This document shows positions 1 through 16,173 of a stretch of DNA of 64,000 bases, one piece after another. The translations under genes were made by a program, and so were the position numbers. Under the pieces are notes generated by a model that worked only from the letters and a program-made list of their open reading frames with translations, had not been told where the DNA came from and did not search any database. The DNA comes from the human T2T-CHM13v2.0 reference genome, Homo sapiens. Positions within the stretch are counted from its first letter, which is position 1. Each line of letters opens with the position of its first letter. The stretch lies in assembly GCF_009914755.1 (NCBI RefSeq), contig NC_060930.1; one strand, 5' to 3'.

Positions 1-19
1 TTTTAATTTGACAATTTTA

Positions 20-73
20 ATTTGGCAATTAAAAGTAACTGCCAAAAACCGCAATTACTTTTGCACCAACCTA
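20..73. mobile_element. MADE1 (Hsmar1-derived MITE), partial
   Basis: AAAAACCGCAATTACTTTTGCACCAACCTA is the Hsmar1 terminal inverted repeat. Confidence 0.9.
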
Positions 74-139
74 TATTAAAAACAGCAGACTATCTCTCAA
101 AAACTAAAATCTTCTTTCACCTATTATCTCATTTGCCCC

Positions 140-680
<541 letters not shown>

Positions 681-1384
681 TATTACTGCCTTCTCTTTCA
701 CATTATCATTATTAAACAGATGTCAAAAGATCCCTCTATATAGTTATGTATAATTTTATAAAAATTAGTTCATAGCTTAACTTCTGAAAGGACAAGTGTC
801 CCTAAAGACATTAAAAACCACTTATCATATTTATTATCTTACAACTACTAACCAAACCATTGCCTACAGTCTGTCCTACATATCTGGCAAATTATTTTCT
901 AAAACTTTGCCAGAATTATGCCATTCTCCTAAAGCAAGGGTATCAGTGGCTCCTAACAGCCTAGCAAACAAAGAAAATTCTTCAATCTGGAAATCAAGGC
1001 TCATCATTGGATGACCTCAATCTACCTTTCCATAACTCTATCTTGCTCCTATCAACACAAAATTTCTGCTGCAATACTGCAGTTTTACATACTTTTCGGT
1101 CTACATGCTCCAGCCCACATGGTGGCTAGAAAGTTCTCCCTCTTTGTTTACTCCCATCAAAATGTTGCATATTTTTTCAAGCTTTCTCAAGGTAACTTAA
1201 AATCTGCCTCCTCTGAAATTTCCCCTGACTACAGATGCCAGAGCCAGCTCTTCCTCCCTTAAACTCCTAAAGATCCAGGTTATGTTGTAGTTACTATTTT
1301 ATACATATGTTTATTATCTCCCCAGCCAGACTGAATTAGAATCCTCTTAGAGAAAGGAAGTAAGTTTTCTATCTCCAAAACAAC

Positions 1385-1550
1385 TACCATTTATTGAGCA
1401 TATATCACAGTCATTCCTGACAATTTATTCTGGACAATAGTTCTATGAGGCTGCTGTCATTATCTCCATTTTGTAGATGAAGAAACCAAGGGCTCAAGGA
1501 TATTAGGAAACGTGCCCAAAGTTCACATAGCTGGTAAGGAGCAAAACAAG
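1385..1550 (-). mobile_element. MIR
   Basis: ccattttgtagatgaagaaacc...gcccaaagttcacatagctggtaag matches the MIR core. Confidence 0.8.
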
Positions 1551-2010
1551 CTTTCCTCCAGCTAGCTTCATGTAACATGAGATGTATGGAATGAACAGGT
1601 ACACATCTGGTAGGGGAAAGGTGGTCAGATCAAATAAGTTAGGAGGATTAACAAAGCTAAATCACTATTTTTACTGAAGGGCTTCTCAAAGCCTTTTAAC
1701 ATGCTGCCAATGTGATTTATAAATTTCCAAAGGGCATATGTTATGTAATTTCCCAAATGTATTTGGGGGCTAAAATCCTTTTCAAAAGGACAATCAGCCT
1801 TATAGAACTAAAGAGTTTCATTAAGCTCCTTTCAGGAAATGTGGCAATGTGTTCTGTTGTTTTTGTACAGACCTCTGTACATAGTAGGCACTCAGTACAT
1901 ATTTCTTGAAGAAAACTTACTCCTCATATTAAAGTAACATGCAATCATTCCTCTTACAACAGAATGTCTGAAGTGTAATAATTATTCCACTAAACAGTAT
2001 TAGAATTTTA

Positions 2011-2166
<156 letters not shown>

Positions 2167-2388
2167 TTAAATGGACAGGAAGAATGAGTAGCATTAAGTG
2201 AAATGCAAATTCAGATACACTGACACTGAAACAGAAGAAAAACACATAATAATCCATATCTATTAAAGTTTCATTTGTTATTGAGCATATTTTGAATAGT
2301 ATGAGAAATAGTATTTTTTCTGTTTAGATGCAACTGTAAGTAAAGAGAGGAAAGGCTAGCAGGGTACTCCACAAACCCAGAAAGCTTA

Positions 2389-2478
<90 letters not shown>

Positions 2479-2957
2479 TCAGAATACACAGGCAAAAGTT
2501 TGTGATATAATATAGCGAACTTGATAAATATATACTGAACTGGACTGGCTTCTAAACCAAAAAAAAAAAGAATTTGGTTTTGAATCTTCTTTGTAAGTTT
2601 AGGAAACTGAAGTATGCCTAGCCAATTTGTAAAATGATTCTAACTTCTCATCAGCAGACGATATCAACAAGTGACTTTTTAAAAATCTTGAAATTTGGTG
2701 CATTTCTGCTCTACACATTTCAAATACATAATTAAGAGATCCTATACAAGGTGACATTCACCATTCTACAAAGTAATAATATATACTGCTTAATATTTAA
2801 ATATTCCCTACTAGATCTAGATTAGTATGAGTATCTTAAAACAAGGAGAAAACTTTAAATCAACAAATTATTATTTGTTGTTTTTGAAATTACAAAAGTA
2901 TCACTGCTTTTCATCATCTATCAGAGAAAAAAAAAATAATAAGCCAAAACTTTCTTA

Positions 2958-3341
<384 letters not shown>

Positions 3342-3627
3342 TTAAAAAAAAAAAAAAAAAACACAACTAGACAAATATTATAGAAGAGAAAATTTACTCT
3401 AGTCATTTCTATCTTCCCAAGTTAACGTGATAGTAATGCCTAAAGGTAAGTAATAAAATTATACAAATGCTACATAAATGACAATTTCTTCATTTATGGC
3501 AATAATTTAATTTGTATGTATGTATTCCTTGTAATAAAAAGGAAAAACTAAATCTAACAAAAAATTCACAATCTTTCTTCTTTTAATTTTCAAATGTTTA
3601 GTTTTAAAAGCACACATTACTACTATA

Positions 3628-3823
3628 TATAATCACCCTTAACATTTACTGTATTAATATGATCAATGTCAACCACTTTCAATTAAACAAATAAGATTTT
3701 TTCAGTTAAAAAATGAGAACCCCTAAGTATAATCACTCAACATTTTCTGTATTAATATGATCAATGTCAACAACTTTCAATTAAACAAATGTCTTTTTTC
3801 AATTAAAAAATGAGAATCCCTAA
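3628..3823. repeat. Two-copy tandem duplication, ~100 bp unit
   Basis: tataatcac...ctgtattaatatgatcaatgtcaac...aaaaaatgagaa.ccctaa starts at 3628 and again at 3728. Confidence 0.92.
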
Positions 3824-3968
3824 AGAACCTAATGAACAGCTTTTTTACTGTGCTCCTTTCATTACATATAATTCCTAGAATTTGGATAATTTTTGACAAG
3901 AAATTACAAAATGTGGCATATTTATGTATATACATATACTTACAGACACAATCCATTTCTAATAATTA

Positions 3969-4376
<408 letters not shown>

Positions 4377-4430
4377 CTATTAAAAAAAAAAAAAGATGAG
4401 GAGAGAATAAACTATTTCCTATTATTATTC

Positions 4431-4619
4431 TAGCTGGGTACAGAGGCATGCACTTGTAGTCCCAGTTACTGAGGAGGTTGAAGGGGGAGGATTGCTTGAG
4501 TCTCGGAAGTCAAGGCTACAGTGAGCTGTGATCATGTCACTATACTCCAGCCTGGGTGAAAGAGTGAGATACTGTCTCCAAAAAAAAAAAAAAAACAAAC
4601 AAACAAACAAACAAAAAAA
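4431..4619 (+). mobile_element. Alu right monomer (AluJ/FRAM) with A/(CAAA)n tail
   Basis: Right-arm consensus only. Confidence 0.85.
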
Positions 4620-7600
4620 CCTGCTAGGATATTTTTAATCCCAAATAAAGATTAATAGTTTATAAGTGGTACAGTGGTTAAACAATCCCTTCATCCTACA
4701 CTATTTTAAATATTCTTATTGAGAATGATTAGCTATCCTTCTGCAAATAAATATAAAAGTTTATCTCACTTTTTGAATCTGACATGATTACAGAATGCTA
4801 CAAACTACACCATGTGCTACAGAAAGACTCACCTTTAAAATATTTCAAGGAAAGAAATAATCTTTCTTTTAAAGACCGCCATGGAAGGAGATTATACAAC
4901 CATATTTGGAACCTTAGAAAATGTTTGAACTATTCTGCCAGGAAATTCTTCCCAATTATTATCTAACAAATACCTTCACTGCCACTTTCAGCCTTTCTTC
5001 AGATTTCTGTAATATTCTCTTTTTGAAAATATTTTACTTACTGAATTTGCAAATAATTAAATCACCTCAGGCCTTCATTTACACGTTCAACCAAAAAGCA
5101 GAAAAACACAACAAAACCAACAAAACCACCACTACTACAATCAACAAAAACCTAGTTCACTCACTCAACCAGTACTATGCACTAGGTAGTCGGGTTAAGT
5201 ACAATGTTTCCTTTTTTAAGAGAAATTATACCCTCCTTCGAAGTTAAAGTAAGCATCCCTCTCACCCGTAATGAGGGCTCTTCCATACTCACAACGGTTG
5301 ACAGATTTGGAGTCCCTGAACTGCTTAAAGAAGGGCAAGAAGCACCCAGCTGCCATAAATACTGACAGATACCTTCACTGAAAATTCTAATCATGATCCA
5401 AGTTGAAACTATAGTTTCTCTTTATGAGCAAAACACTGAACCTGCTGTAGAAGATGAAAAGAACTTATGTCAGCAAAACTATTTAGCTTTATATCAGAAA
5501 ATGAACTTCTGAAATGGAAAGAACAGGTGGTGATATAAAACTGCTTGAAACAAAAAGAAAAAAGAATAATTGGCCTCTAAATGAGAAAAGATAAAACCTA
5601 GAAAATCAACACACTGAAAGGAGGTAAGGCCTAACGCAAGAAATGACACAGGCTGATCATGCAGATGAGCACTGAGTCTAAACCAACAGTGATCCTATTT
5701 TCAAATATTGACAATGTGTAAAAAATGAAAGACAAATTTTCAGTGGTGCAGAAATAACACCAAAGAAAAAAATGGATATGTGTAAAAGTGACAACAAAGA
5801 TGTCGAAAAGCCAGAGTTTTTAATAAAGGAACACAGCAAATAATTAGAAGAATGAGGAAAAAAATAAGATAAGTAATAAACCACATTGGACCTTTCTTTA
5901 CTTTTCTCTCTTTTCTTACCTTTTATTTCTTCAATCATACATACATTAAAACTAAATCCCAACCTTGAGGTGAGTTTACCTAGGAAGTTTTCTCTTTGAA
6001 GGTCTATTCAGAAAATTCATTCTTCAATCACAAAAAAGAATACTATGAAAATAACTTTAATTTCTAACTATGGTAGCAGCCACCAACAAAAAGGATTCAA
6101 ATAAATTTTAAAATTAAAAATAAACCATTGCATACTATATCTGATACTTTCTATATTCATAAATAATAAAATACATTAAATAAGAAACACCATACATACC
6201 ATTTGTTACCGAACAATGAGTTAATTACTACTGAAAATATTAGCAGGTTTCTTGGTACTGTGAAAATACTGCTTCATTCATTATTATTGAGTGATCCTTA
6301 CTGAAGAATTATATTCTACATATAGTAACAATGATATGCCAATCATACATGATTTATAAGCATTTTAAGTCATATTTCAAAATATACAATCTCGAGCTTA
6401 CTGAACGATTTTTTAAAATTTCAAGAAGTGCTGAAATGAGGAATGAATTTGGCAGAAAAGTATTATTAACTTAATGTTCATTCATAGTACATTGATATCC
6501 TGTTAGTCTGACTATTCTTAACCTAATGTCAAATGCCACAACCCACAAGATAAGATCTTGAAGTTAAAAGTTTCACAATCTTTCTTGGTTACCAAAATTT
6601 CCAAATTGTAAGTCTATGAAACCATTAATAGTCACAGCTTACTATTCACAAAAAAAGAACACAGCAAGACTCAGGAAGCCTAAATTGTCTTCCCCATGTT
6701 CACTGTGCTTCAAAAATAAAAATGATCTTCTCCTTCAAATGCTCCAAATTTCCCAAGGCACTAGATAAACATCTCTTAATGCTGAAAGAATGGCTATGTG
6801 TTAAGACTAACTTGAAGAACTTCTAAAATAAATCAGAAAACTAATAACAGGATGTTAAACAATTTCACCTACTAAAAACACATGGCCTATAAACCCACTC
6901 ATTCTTAATGGAAAACCCATTAGTTAATTTGAACAATAAAGTAGCATTAGAGTACCTTGTTAATGAAATGGAAATTAGGGATCAATTGCTACCTCAGACA
7001 AAATGTGGTAAGAATTAAAATGGTATTTCCAGTCTAACATCACAGCAACTCAGTAACTAGCAAAGATTTTTACTTGAAATCACCCCCACAATGAACAGGA
7101 GATCTGATTCCCATGGATGACAATGTACAGTTTCTATTTTTATCCTTGTAAATGGAAGGGCAGATCATTTTGCCAATCCCCAAAGATTTCATGTTTCATT
7201 CATAAAACTGAATGAAAAGAGACTAATAAATTCTTTAACAGTTAATACTTATTAATGTGTTTAAAAACTAGCTGAGTTTTACAATTAGTGTTTTACAAAA
7301 TGGAAGTTCAAAATTTAAGAGAAAATAAGTGATGAGAAGAAATAGTAGTTGTCAATGCTGTAGAAAGCAGTACCTTAAAAAATGAAACAAAGATACCAAC
7401 AAAATTCTTGAAATAAGAAAGTATTTATATATTATATATATCATAGACACATGACAAAACATAAAGTCTGGGTTCTATTTTTTAAACATAAGCTAAAAAG
7501 GAAAAACAGATATCCTTTTCTACTCTATTATGTCTGTATTGACTGTGTAGGTAGAAAACTAACATTTAAATCAATATTTAAATCATTTAAATCACCTATA

Positions 7601-8445
7601 GAGAGGCTACTTAACACATATTTTCTGATATTAGCTAACAGGTAGCAGATCGAAATTTTAACCAAAGAAATCAGACAAAATTAAATATAATCTAACCCAA
7701 TTTGAATAATATTGACCACATCTATACCTGATTTGATTTTATATTCATCATTACTGATGAGTAGAAAGTATGAGTCAAAGTCAAATCATGGGTAGATTCC
7801 GTCACTAACAAAGTGAGCCACGCCAGAACACATTAAAAACAACTTTGTGTGATATGAATGTTTGAAGCAGTAAAGCTTGCTTAAAACAGCCCTGACAAAA
7901 AGAGTAGGTCAATAATGTAGATCAAAATTTTACAAAGACAGTAAGTCGTCACTCCTAACTAGAGCTCAAGGAAGTGGTACGTGAAAAGCCACATGAATTA
8001 CAAGAATGCATAACTTCATTCTTCCAGGAGGTGGCACAATAAGAAAAAAAAAAAAGAAAACAAAAATACACACTCAACGTGCACACACACACATACATAT
8101 ATGGCTAAAAACTGTCCTTCCTAGACTGATTTTTTTAAAGAGAGTAAAACAGATGGACAGACATTCATACATAACCTTTCTAAAAGACTACCATATCTAT
8201 TCTAAGTATTAATCTACTAGTGTCAAAGTTCTTGCAAACTTTATTTTTACCTTTTTGCAAAAATTTTCCATGTAAGGAAAGAATCATTTAGTATAGAACA
8301 CTAGTTTAGCTTTGAATTTTAGAGACAGCAAAGCTTTCAATCCTAACTAGTTTTCAAGGAAGTGGCACATAAAAACATTTATATCACTTTTTTGATAAAT
8401 AACCTATATTTTATACTCAAACCATTGTTTAAAGAAATGTAAGTT

Positions 8446-8740
8446 GGCTGGGTGCAGTGGCTCACGCCTGCAATCCCAGCACTTTGGGAGGCAGAGGCAG
8501 ACAGACTGCTTGAGCCCAGGAGTTCGAGACTAGCCTGGGCAACATGGCAAAACCCCATCTCTAACAAAAAATACAAAAATTAGCCAGGTATGGTGGCATG
8601 CACCTCTAGTCCCAGCTACTGGGGAGGTTGAGGTGGGAGCATCACCTGAGCCCAGGGAGGTAGAGGCTGCAGTCAACCATGATTGTGCCACTGCATTCCA
8701 GCCTAGGCAACAGAGTGAGGCTCCGTTTCAAAAAATAAAT
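8446..8740 (+). mobile_element. AluJ
   Basis: Diverged Alu dimer with J-type gcttgagcccagg motif. Confidence 0.9.
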
Positions 8741-9235
8741 ACATGAAGAAATAAAAAACACAAAGTTATTAAATTACACATTTTTCTAAAATCTGTTACT
8801 TTAAAATGTCACCCAAAAAAACATTAACAAGAGCAATTATAGTCCTATTCATTTTGTTTACTTCATAAAATTATAATTTAACATATTTAACATGAGTAGC
8901 AAAACTCCCTTGGTTTTTACATGAATCTTCCAAGGACTTCATCCATATGTGCTTAGAAAGGCAGCTGAAGCAATACAAAATATTTTAAGAAAATATCTCA
9001 ACAACTCTTCCTTGCAGTTATCTCAGGAATTAACTGTCAGCAAACCCAGTAAATGAAAGTACCTTACTTTGAAAACACATACAGACACACATCTAACACA
9101 CATATCATATTAAAATCTAAATAAAAACTGTGCATTTTATTTCCTTACTAATAAGAAATACATTTCTTTCAAAAGCATGGTGGCTGCATATTACATTAAA
9201 AACCTATAATTTAATAAAATTAATTTTAAACACTA

Positions 9236-9664
<429 letters not shown>

Positions 9665-10594
9665 TTAGAGTAAAACAAATTACATATTAAAATACTTATT
9701 TTAAAACATTTTCATCCCACTGACCATCTGTTTCATATTATAATGTAACTGGAGTACAATTCCTTTCCTATCATGATAGGAGATAGAACAGTTTAACAGG
9801 AAGTTACATTATTTAACTTGCATATAAATAAATTACTATTTCTTAAGCACCCAGAATATAACCAATGATCAAAGCATAAAACATGAAGAAAATCACTCCT
9901 TTAGAATAGTTGGTTTCTTGTGGCAACAACTTCAAGGCAACTCCTAAATTTTTACTTTCAGAAGTATATTTGTAAATTAAATTTATACTTTAGAAGTCTG
10001 TATTTCACAGAGAAGCAATGGTATAAATCATCATATTCTTAGGCCAACCCACAACTGTTTTAACGAAGAAGCTAAACTAAACTCTGCCACTATATCCATA
10101 ATCCCATATCCCCTTCCCACCACAGAATAGTAACAAATTATTCACATATAGAACATTCACAAATTGAAAAATTTAAAAGTTGCTATCTGCATTAGGTTTG
10201 TTCTCTACGTAACGGGCTGCCTTATGACTATACACAAATATAGGAAATATTTGCCTACCATGAAAAAAGAAAAGACTAAAATTCAATTAACACTAAATCA
10301 TATTAAATTAACATAAACTCACTTTTACTGATCAGAAAGCCCTTCAGAATCCCACAGTTACCTTGGTATTGGTCAACATCATGAATACCAATAATTACCT
10401 TTCCACAGAAAAACTGTACGAGTTAGGCTAAATTTGTATTGAATCTAATAATATATCTTTAAACACAGTATTTTTGTTGGTTGATGGTGGTTTTATTTTG
10501 AAATCTCTAACATCAGTTATCTTGTATCACAAATGTCGGAGCAAAGCAAAGAGTTGCATGAACTTCTGCGCAGAACAGCAGGATTAACTTTGTA

Positions 10595-10970
10595 TGTTGG
10601 AGGCCAAAAGGGTGAAGGTCATGATCAACTCAGTATACCACTGGAGGCTATATGAGTAAACAGCCAACTGTTCTCATAAATGCAGGATGCTGGCAAACTG
10701 AAAAACTGCATCTGCCACCCAGAAGGAATGCTGAGGGCAGTCACGACCCAGGCATAAGTATTTCTTGTGATTAGGTACATCTGAAGCCTGTTAGCAATAA
10801 TATGAAGCTGTGATCAATCAAGCAGCTGACCAATCATTTGCTCCTCCTCCCTGCTCTTTCTACCCAATAAATACCAAGGGCTGCAGAAGCTCAAGGTTGT
10901 TGCTGCCTTTGCTCATTAGAAGCACGGAGCTCTCTTCTTCCCCGGCCCCTTCCTTTAAAATAGTTGCTTT
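10595..10970 (+). mobile_element. LTR3-type LTR (HERV-K HML-6), 3'-truncated
   Basis: Starts TGTTGGAGGCC...GATCAACTCAGTATACCACTGGAGGCTATATGAGTAAACAGC (recalled LTR3 consensus); has CCAAT and AATAAA. Confidence 0.8.
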
Positions 10971-10971
10971 T

Positions 10972-11279
<308 letters not shown>

Positions 11280-12606
11280 CTAACTCAAACCCCTATCATT
11301 GTAAAATCCTCGCCTTTGGTTTATATGGGTATATTCTTATTCAGTGTCTTACTTAGCATATAGCTATGATTTCTCTGTTCATTTCCACATTGTTAACTAC
11401 CTTTACTTTCAATCATAAATATATAGAAAGGACGATAAAATTTCATTTCAATATAAACATAGCATTATGTGCAAACGCCTCAGTAAATGTTTATTATCTT
11501 TAGCAAATATTCCTGAAATCAGTTAGATAATAGGCTACAAATTTTTCCAAAAGTGTGCTGGATAACACCTTAGTTGTCACTAATTAACATATATTTGAAT
11601 CAGTTATTTTCTTAATGAAAATTTCTATTAAAACAAGGGTCAACATTACTTCACATAATGGGTTAAGAAACATAAAATGATTCACAAATAAACACAAATG
11701 AGATACTCTACAAAAATACCATTAAACATAAATCAGCAGGGGGAAACAATTTGTATTTGAAATCATCTTAAGAATTACCTTTTTACAGTACAATAAATTC
11801 TAACTAATAACCAATACTCACTACCAACCCCAACAATGAGATATTTACAGGCCAAAAATGGCCATAAAAATAAGATTCTATAAAGCACTTGGAAGGTAGC
11901 ACCATAAGTGGTGAGAGAGCACAGTTTAGCAGAGTAATTTTTTAAAAACTACTATTGTTTTGGTCATGGGTTCCTTTTTCCTACCCTGTTTCTCCTGTCC
12001 CACCAACCACCCCTGTCATTTTTAGAAGCTAGATTAGAACCTAGAATCCGCTATTTACTAATGAGGATATAAATCCAGGTTTATTTATTAGCTTGGCAAA
12101 TCATTTAACTTCAATTTTTTTACATGTAAAATGGAGATAACATCTAAATTATAAAGTTACTGTAAGGTATAAATGAAATAATATATTCGAATGCTCCTTA
12201 GCTTGGTACCTGCTTAATAAGTGATGAAGGTAAACTTAAAAACATAGATACATCAAAACATAAATGCTTTCTAATTACTGTGGAAGTATATATAATATGA
12301 CAAATATTTAAGAAGAAAAAATAAGTTTTCTAATGTAGGAAAACAGGTTAAATGGTATTATAGGGTACTTAAAATTATAACCATCATCACCTCTACTATA
12401 TACTGGACCCACTGTTTTGCATTTTACAGAATTATCTTATTTCACTCTCACAACTCATAAAGATATTGCCAGTTTCCAACAAAATGGAATAAAATCCAAT
12501 AAAATCCTGATTAGACTGTAATTTCAACATAGAGATCTTGTCTGTTTTATTCATGATCACCTCACAGATGGCCTAATGGATGGTACGCCCTCAAAAATAT
12601 GTATTT

Positions 12607-12938
<332 letters not shown>

Positions 12939-13562
12939 AATTTCTTGCAGGCTAAGAAATAATAAGACAATAATCATTTCTCAGTGGCTGCTTATTCCTA
13001 ATTGGGGTAGCCAGCCACATAGAAAGAAGTGTAGCTACAGGAAAACACTTCATATATAAATTCAAGTAATATAAGGCATTAACTCCACGAACTTAGTGAT
13101 GATAAAACCACAGGATCTTTTAGAAATAATAAAGAACTTAACTGAGGGGGACAGGTCAGAGAAAAAAACTTTATAAGGAGTCATGAAAGTACAATGAAAG
13201 GTTAAACAGTAGCTTGTACCTAATTTTATTTTATTAATTAGTGGTCAAGATTCCTGAACTTTCTCAATTCTTCTTCATGTACATTTACTTATATGTCTAG
13301 GTAAGTAATCATTTCACAAAATTCTAGACACATATGCCCAAATTCACTGAAGTATGCTCTATTTTTAGTCTCTTTAGAGAGACTAAAATCTCTTTAGCAA
13401 TAGTTGATTACCCTGGTCCTTTCAAACAAAACAAACCAGAAGTCAGCAAATTTTTATAACATCGTTATCACTGACAAAAGGTATCCCACAGAATAAACTA
13501 CTCAGGAGGTGAAGCCAACAGACACTGCTACCTATTGATTTCCTCTTATTGCGAAACACTTA

Positions 13563-13670
<108 letters not shown>

Positions 13671-14076
13671 CTAAATTTTTTACAAATAAAAAAATGTGAT
13701 TACATAGTAATCCATTAAATCTTATCAAACAATTAAGTACCTATTAAGTATCTTAAAGCCAATTAGTCTAAATCAAGTCCTTTAGTTATTTTGTCTTGCA
13801 TAAGTTTAAAAGCTAATATAGAGATATGATGATACATAATAAAATCTTTGTTGAAAATCACCCAGTTACAAAACAATAGTAAATATAGATAGAATTTAAA
13901 AATCACCAAGTATAGTTTTGGAAATTTAATTCTAAACCTCTAAAACGAAAGAGAAATTTAAATTCCGCAATTTTTCTAAGACTAAAACTATCACAAACAC
14001 ATAGCTGAGTAAACTAGTGATTACCAATCATAATGATATTCCTCCACAGAGTCTTTTCCTCTTGCCATGGGAATAT

Positions 14077-14394
14077 TATTATTTTATTTTTATTTTTATT
14101 TTTTTAAAGATAGAGCATCACTGTATCGCCCAGGCTAGAGTGTAGTGGGCAGTGACATGATCTCGGCTCACTGCAGGCTCAACCTCCTGGGCTCAATCCC
14201 TCCTCCCAGCTCAGCCTCCCAAGTAGCTCAGACTACAGATGCATGCCACTACACTTAGCTAATTTTTGTAATTTGTTTTTAAGAGACTGGGTCTTTGTTG
14301 CCCAAGCTAGTCTCAAACTCCTGGGCTCAAGCAATCCACCCACCTCAGCCTCCCAAAGTGCTGGAATTACAGGCGTGAGATACCACGCCCAGCC
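14077..14394 (-). mobile_element. AluJ in the intron between exons 9 and 10
   Basis: Reverse-complement Alu dimer with T-rich tail. Confidence 0.9.
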
Positions 14395-14627
14395 TATTCT
14401 AGTTATCTTAAGGAGAGACCAAAGACCCAGAGGGCAGAAGATTTATATGGCCAAATATTAGCAAAAACTATATTAATTATTATCTAATTCACACTTATCC
14501 TATAATGCAGATAAGCTAATTATTAAGATATTTGTGACAATAAGCAAAATTACTAAGCTAAGCACATTTGTAAAATGTCATATATGCTGAGCAGGAATAA
14601 AGCTTCTTCATTTACAAGCTACTATCA

Positions 14628-14741
<114 letters not shown>

Positions 14742-14892
14742 CTAAAAACAAGATCTAAAATTATCCAGGTTTAAAAACAGTCCCTTTTAAAGTTCATATT
14801 CTTCACACAATAAAAATCTTTGCACCTACCCTTTCATTGAAAAAATAATAATTTTTACCATTCCAGTTTCTATTATAAAGATAAGGGGCTCA

Positions 14893-15048
<156 letters not shown>

Positions 15049-15727
15049 TTAAAGTCTTTCTCTATGAATTATGGATAGTTAATATGAGTCAATGGAAGAG
15101 TATCACTTTTAAAAATTAAGACAAGAGAATATGAAATACATCTTCATAATCACAAAAACTTTTCTCAATGTTAAGCCATGCTTTCACTACGTAGACCAGA
15201 ATGTGACCTATTAAATTTTAGAACTGAATTTGTGTCACATTTCCTAAAATAAGTCATAATATTTTGGGGATAAGTAACTACTAGTCAGGCTTCTGCTTTT
15301 TTTTTTTTTCTTACATTCACTTCCTAATCCCTCTCTCCACCTTAACTTGACCATTTGCAACTTTAGCCTGACCTTCTTCCTACCACACACATCCAAGTCT
15401 CTAGGCTTCTTAATCCAAAAGAACCTCAAGAGTCAGAACAAAAGTACATTTTATGGCACACTTGTAATACTTTGTAAAAAAAGAAAAAAATTAAAAGGAA
15501 GGAAGGAGAAAAGTAAAACCAATGTAAGAGAACCTGGGGAAAAAGGGAACATGAAGTGGGGTTATTAGCCAAAAATACTATCTAGCTTTCGATCTTCATT
15601 TTATCAACCCACTCAGTTTGGCTTCTGCAGATAGGTATTCAATCTGCCCTAGAATGAACTCTCCTATCCATATGCCTCATTCCCTGATTGCCCTCCTTCT
15701 TGTAGAAGTAGAATTGTGTAACTATCA

Positions 15728-16173
<446 letters not shown>

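Noticed and set aside
1600-1850. Possible old DNA transposon fragment
   Set aside because: Resembles a Charlie-type MER, but I could not assign a family or boundaries reliably.
5182-5394. 70-aa ORF as an in-frame HACE1 cassette exon
   Set aside because: Its donors are phase 0, but I found no AG acceptor in that phase; kept only as a poison-exon candidate.
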